From: Rhynchopus sp. YZ270_cl-10
Lineage: Eukaryota
Reading direction: 5' to 3'
Length of the DNA stretch: 64,000 bases
Assembly: GCA_964035575.1 (NCBI GenBank)
Contig: OZ037844.1
Span: 868,001-932,000, forward strand
Shown: positions 60,901 to 64,000 of the stretch, piece by piece
Layout of the letters: each line of letters begins with the position of its first letter
Position numbering within the stretch: position 1 is the stretch's first letter
Position numbers and translations under genes: made by a program
Notes under the pieces: generated by a model
Told to the model about the DNA's origin: nothing
What the model saw: only the letters and a program-made list of their open reading frames with translations
Database searches by the model: none

Positions 60901-62454
60901 CTTTTCATGGAAGTACGGCCAATTTTTGATCATCGCTTGAAACACAATAAGCAGCGTCGCAGGGTGAAACCTTCTGTAATCATACTGTTCGATGTGAACC
61001 AAGAAGTGTTTTGCCAATACACGAACCGATTGTAGAATCCGCTCCAGCTTTGCAGGAAGGTCTGGCGTCGGCGGCTCTGCCAGCGTCGTATGAAGCAAAC
61101 GAGAGCAAAATGCCACCGCCGTTTCATTTGACAGATCATCACGCTTAATAAAAGAGCGGGTAAGACGTGGGGTACGTTCCCCCATGGTAGGGGCACGCCC
61201 TTCTGCCTGCTGGGTCTGCAGACGGAGGAGCAGCGCGACATCCTCACCACACACCATCTCGACGTACACACCATTCGCAGTTTCCGCAAGCTCAGAAAAC
61301 CACAGCACCTTATCGCCAACGACACACCCGCACTGCGCGGTGAAGTCTCTCAGAGGGCATCCCGGCAGCGCCGCGTCCCCTGCGACACGAAGCTCCTCGG
61401 TCTCCCCCTCCTCCCCGAGATACATCACCCCGGTCGTACAGCGCCCCTCTGAGATCACGCTGAACCCTTTCACCTCCAGTGGCATTACGTACCACTTCCC
61501 TATAAGACTATGCCCAGGCCTTCCTACACCTGCTCGCGTTTCACGACGACCACCTTGAACAGCGTTAAAGGCATTCGCATCGTCAATAGAACGGGTAATA
61601 AGAGCCGGACGATCAAGAATTGCCCAGACAAATGGAGCAGGGACACCAGAGGCACATCGGTGAAGGAAAACTTCTGCGTCTTCTGCAGTAGGAAGCTCTG
61701 GAGTGAACATTTGTCGAGGTTCCTGCCGGATCGCATAATTCGCAGAGCTCGAAGGAGCTGGGGCCGCCTTCTGCGCAAACTCTGGATGCACAAAGTACAA
61801 CAAAACCTCGGCAGCTCTCCTCTCATCTCTCGGCTGATTTAACAATCCTGCTAAGACATGAATCGCGCTTTCTTTTGCATCTGTCACAACAAAGAGCACC
61901 TCAAGAAGCATACAATACACTGCGGTACCAACCTTCCCATAGGGCACCCTCCTCATCCACTGTTTAATACTATGGATATGACGCAGCCAGCCATCGCCCA
62001 ATCGAGGAAAGCAAAGCACCGCAATGTCCGTTTCAGTGAAATTCGTTGTTAATGAAGAGAGCCACGACAAAAGCGCTTTTTGAACTGCCGCAAGAGCGTC
62101 CCAAGCGGAAACCGAATATGCCTTAGGGAGTTGAAGATGCTGTGCGAGAACCGCGTCATACGCAAGCATACAAACCAAGGCGCTCTGCAACGACCGTTTC
62201 GTCGCATTACGCACCACAGTGTGTAAATGCTGTGCGCAAATCGTCAGTTGATCGCCCCCAATCGGCTGCCCAGTACCATTCTCCCATAACACAACTACCA
62301 CCGACAGTGGACCCCCTATCGGCGCCTCTGCACCCGCCTCCGTGCTCCCCACCCTCGCAATGCACTGCGTCAACGCTGTACACCACTTCCCCACAATCTC
62401 CTCTTCTGACGCGCGAGACACAGCCTGGAGCATCGCTTCGCCTAAAGTCGCCAT
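45982..62454 (-). CDS. Exon 1 (5491 codons) of a giant RNF213/mysterin-like AAA+ ATPase
   Basis: 5516-aa ORF with P-loops HPTGTGKS, GPSGTGKS and GPPGTSKT, and Walker B IVLLDEMN and LLFVDEAGL. RNF213-like signatures occur in order: YYFRL, LKVLHYYLE, NQALDPAIGNR, YGLRDLF, ERNFNG, LFDVFNQSY, RVHRDFQCIV, PYLNRLEK. Donor AAG|GTATAC at 45982/45981. Orthology to animal RNF213 is not established, so no symbol is given. Confidence 0.9.
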
Positions 62455-64000
62455 GTTGTCTCACCTCCCCCACCCCCCCACCTCAGTGGGTGGAAACCGA
62501 AAAAAGAGAAGGGGGTTAGAGGGAAAGGGAGAGGGGAAAGGGGAGGGGAGGGGAGGGGAGGAGAACAGCCTGTGGAAGAAGGGTGTTTGAAAAATGTTTG
62601 TTTTGAAAGTGCTTTTTTTGTGTGGGGGTGTGCTGGGTAATTCATTGTGAAATGTGGTGAAAATGGGTGTGTTAATGTACCCCCAGGACTCCCCATTGTG
62701 CTCTGCTTATTTTTTGACTAAGTTAGACGTGAAGTCAGAGAGGAAGGACGTGGTACTTTTGCAAGATGAGAGTACTATACCTTCTTTCTAAGGAAGAAGA
62801 GGGTACGGTAGGGGAGTTTGGAAATGTGTTTTGTTATGTTTTTGAAAGTGCGTTGTGCTCTGTTTAATTTTGCTTGATAGTTTTGTTGACATGGAGTTGG
62901 AAAGGAAGGACGCGTTACTGTGTATGAGATTACGACTTATCCTCTTTCTCAGGGTTTGGGTAGAGGATGGGGAAGCTAAAAAAAAATGTCGCTTTTTTTT
63001 AGTAGTGTTTGCAAAGGAAAGAAAGGATGGGAAGAGAAGAGTGAAGAGAGGGAGAAGGGGTGGGGGGATGGGGAAGGTATGTTGTGTGTTGTGGAAAAAA
63101 AAAGGTGGAGTTGAAATACAAAGCCCTCTGGCTCTACCGGGGGTGGACACCCCAACCATGCAGTCCTACATCCGATAATAAAAAGGTGAAGCTGATAGTG
63201 CAAAAACGCCTTAAGACGAAGGCAGTGACACTCCACGGGGTATCGAACCCCCGGAGTGTTGCGCTTGGGGGGGGGGGAGGGGAAGCGTTTGCTTATTTTC
63301 AAAATAAATAAAATTTGGCTGTATTTCGTTGGCACACACTCCCCGAGGATGTGTCCTTTACCAACCCCCACACCCCCTCTTTTTTGTCAAATATATCACC
63401 TACCTCGGTAGGTCTCGTACAGAGCGTCGCCCAGAGGGGTGGTGTGCTCAACAAGGTTTTGATTTTTGCTTTTTTTTTGCTTTTTTTTTGCTTTTTGTTG
63501 CTTTGATATGAAAACGGTCAGCCACCATCGCAAGGGTGGTCTGTGTACACCCTTTTTGTCTAAGGGGAGAGGAGAGGGGGAGAGGATGGGGGGTCGTACA
63601 TTCTGGTCTGTCATTTTTATTTTTTATTTTTGATTTAAATTTCACTAATTGTTCGAATAGGCGGAGTTGCCTCTTTTGGACCCAGCGCCATTTGCTGTAT
63701 TAGTTTTGTTGTTGTGTCGACCATCGCCTAAGACCCCACTTGGGGCTATTAGGTTTTTTTCCCTTTTTTGAAAACTTGGTATTAGTGTAGCCACCCTAGT
63801 CTCTACATAGCGTGCACACGAGTCGTATTATCGGATACGATAATAATTATCGTATATTATCGCATACGATAATATTGGTGCTTCCCGGGGGGTATGCATT
63901 TCACAAATTTTCACAAATTTTCAATTCAATTCACAACTATTCACAACTTTTCACCACCCTTTTTTTCTTCGTTGGTGAAGCTTTTAAATGCCGGCATTTG

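Noticed and set aside
46024..62590. Many 60-250 aa ORFs overlapping the giant gene
   Set aside because: Antisense or alternate-frame shadows of a long coding region.

Overview
Eukaryotic genomic DNA with GT-AG introns, homopolymer-rich intergenic DNA, 28S-type rRNA fragments and every credible gene on the minus strand. This is compatible with a euglenozoan (diplonemid-like) protist, but that assignment is only an inference. The right third (42285-62454) is one giant RNF213/mysterin-like AAA+ gene: a 16.5-kb first exon plus four phase-0 GT-AG exons that I reconstruct, about 5898 aa. It carries PDZ-like, two SPRY and RanBP2-type Zn-finger modules before the ATPase ring and a PDZ-like C-terminus, with no recognisable RING or intact RZ finger. 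Downstream lie a U1/matrin-type C2H2 zinc-finger gene (37745-38728), about 26 kb of repeat mosaic, a 212-aa orphan ORF and a recently expanded tandem array of ankyrin-repeat genes with a basic NLS-like start and an acidic tail (3593-10114). The repeat mosaic contains MITEs, a hAT-type element with an 8-bp TSD, a 1.3-kb long-TIR element, a decayed Helitron Rep fragment and two LSU rRNA fragments. Most unusually, it also holds dozens of 35-110 bp micro-elements in several families that all appear to lie in one orientation. All domain calls are by-eye motif recognition; no searches were run.
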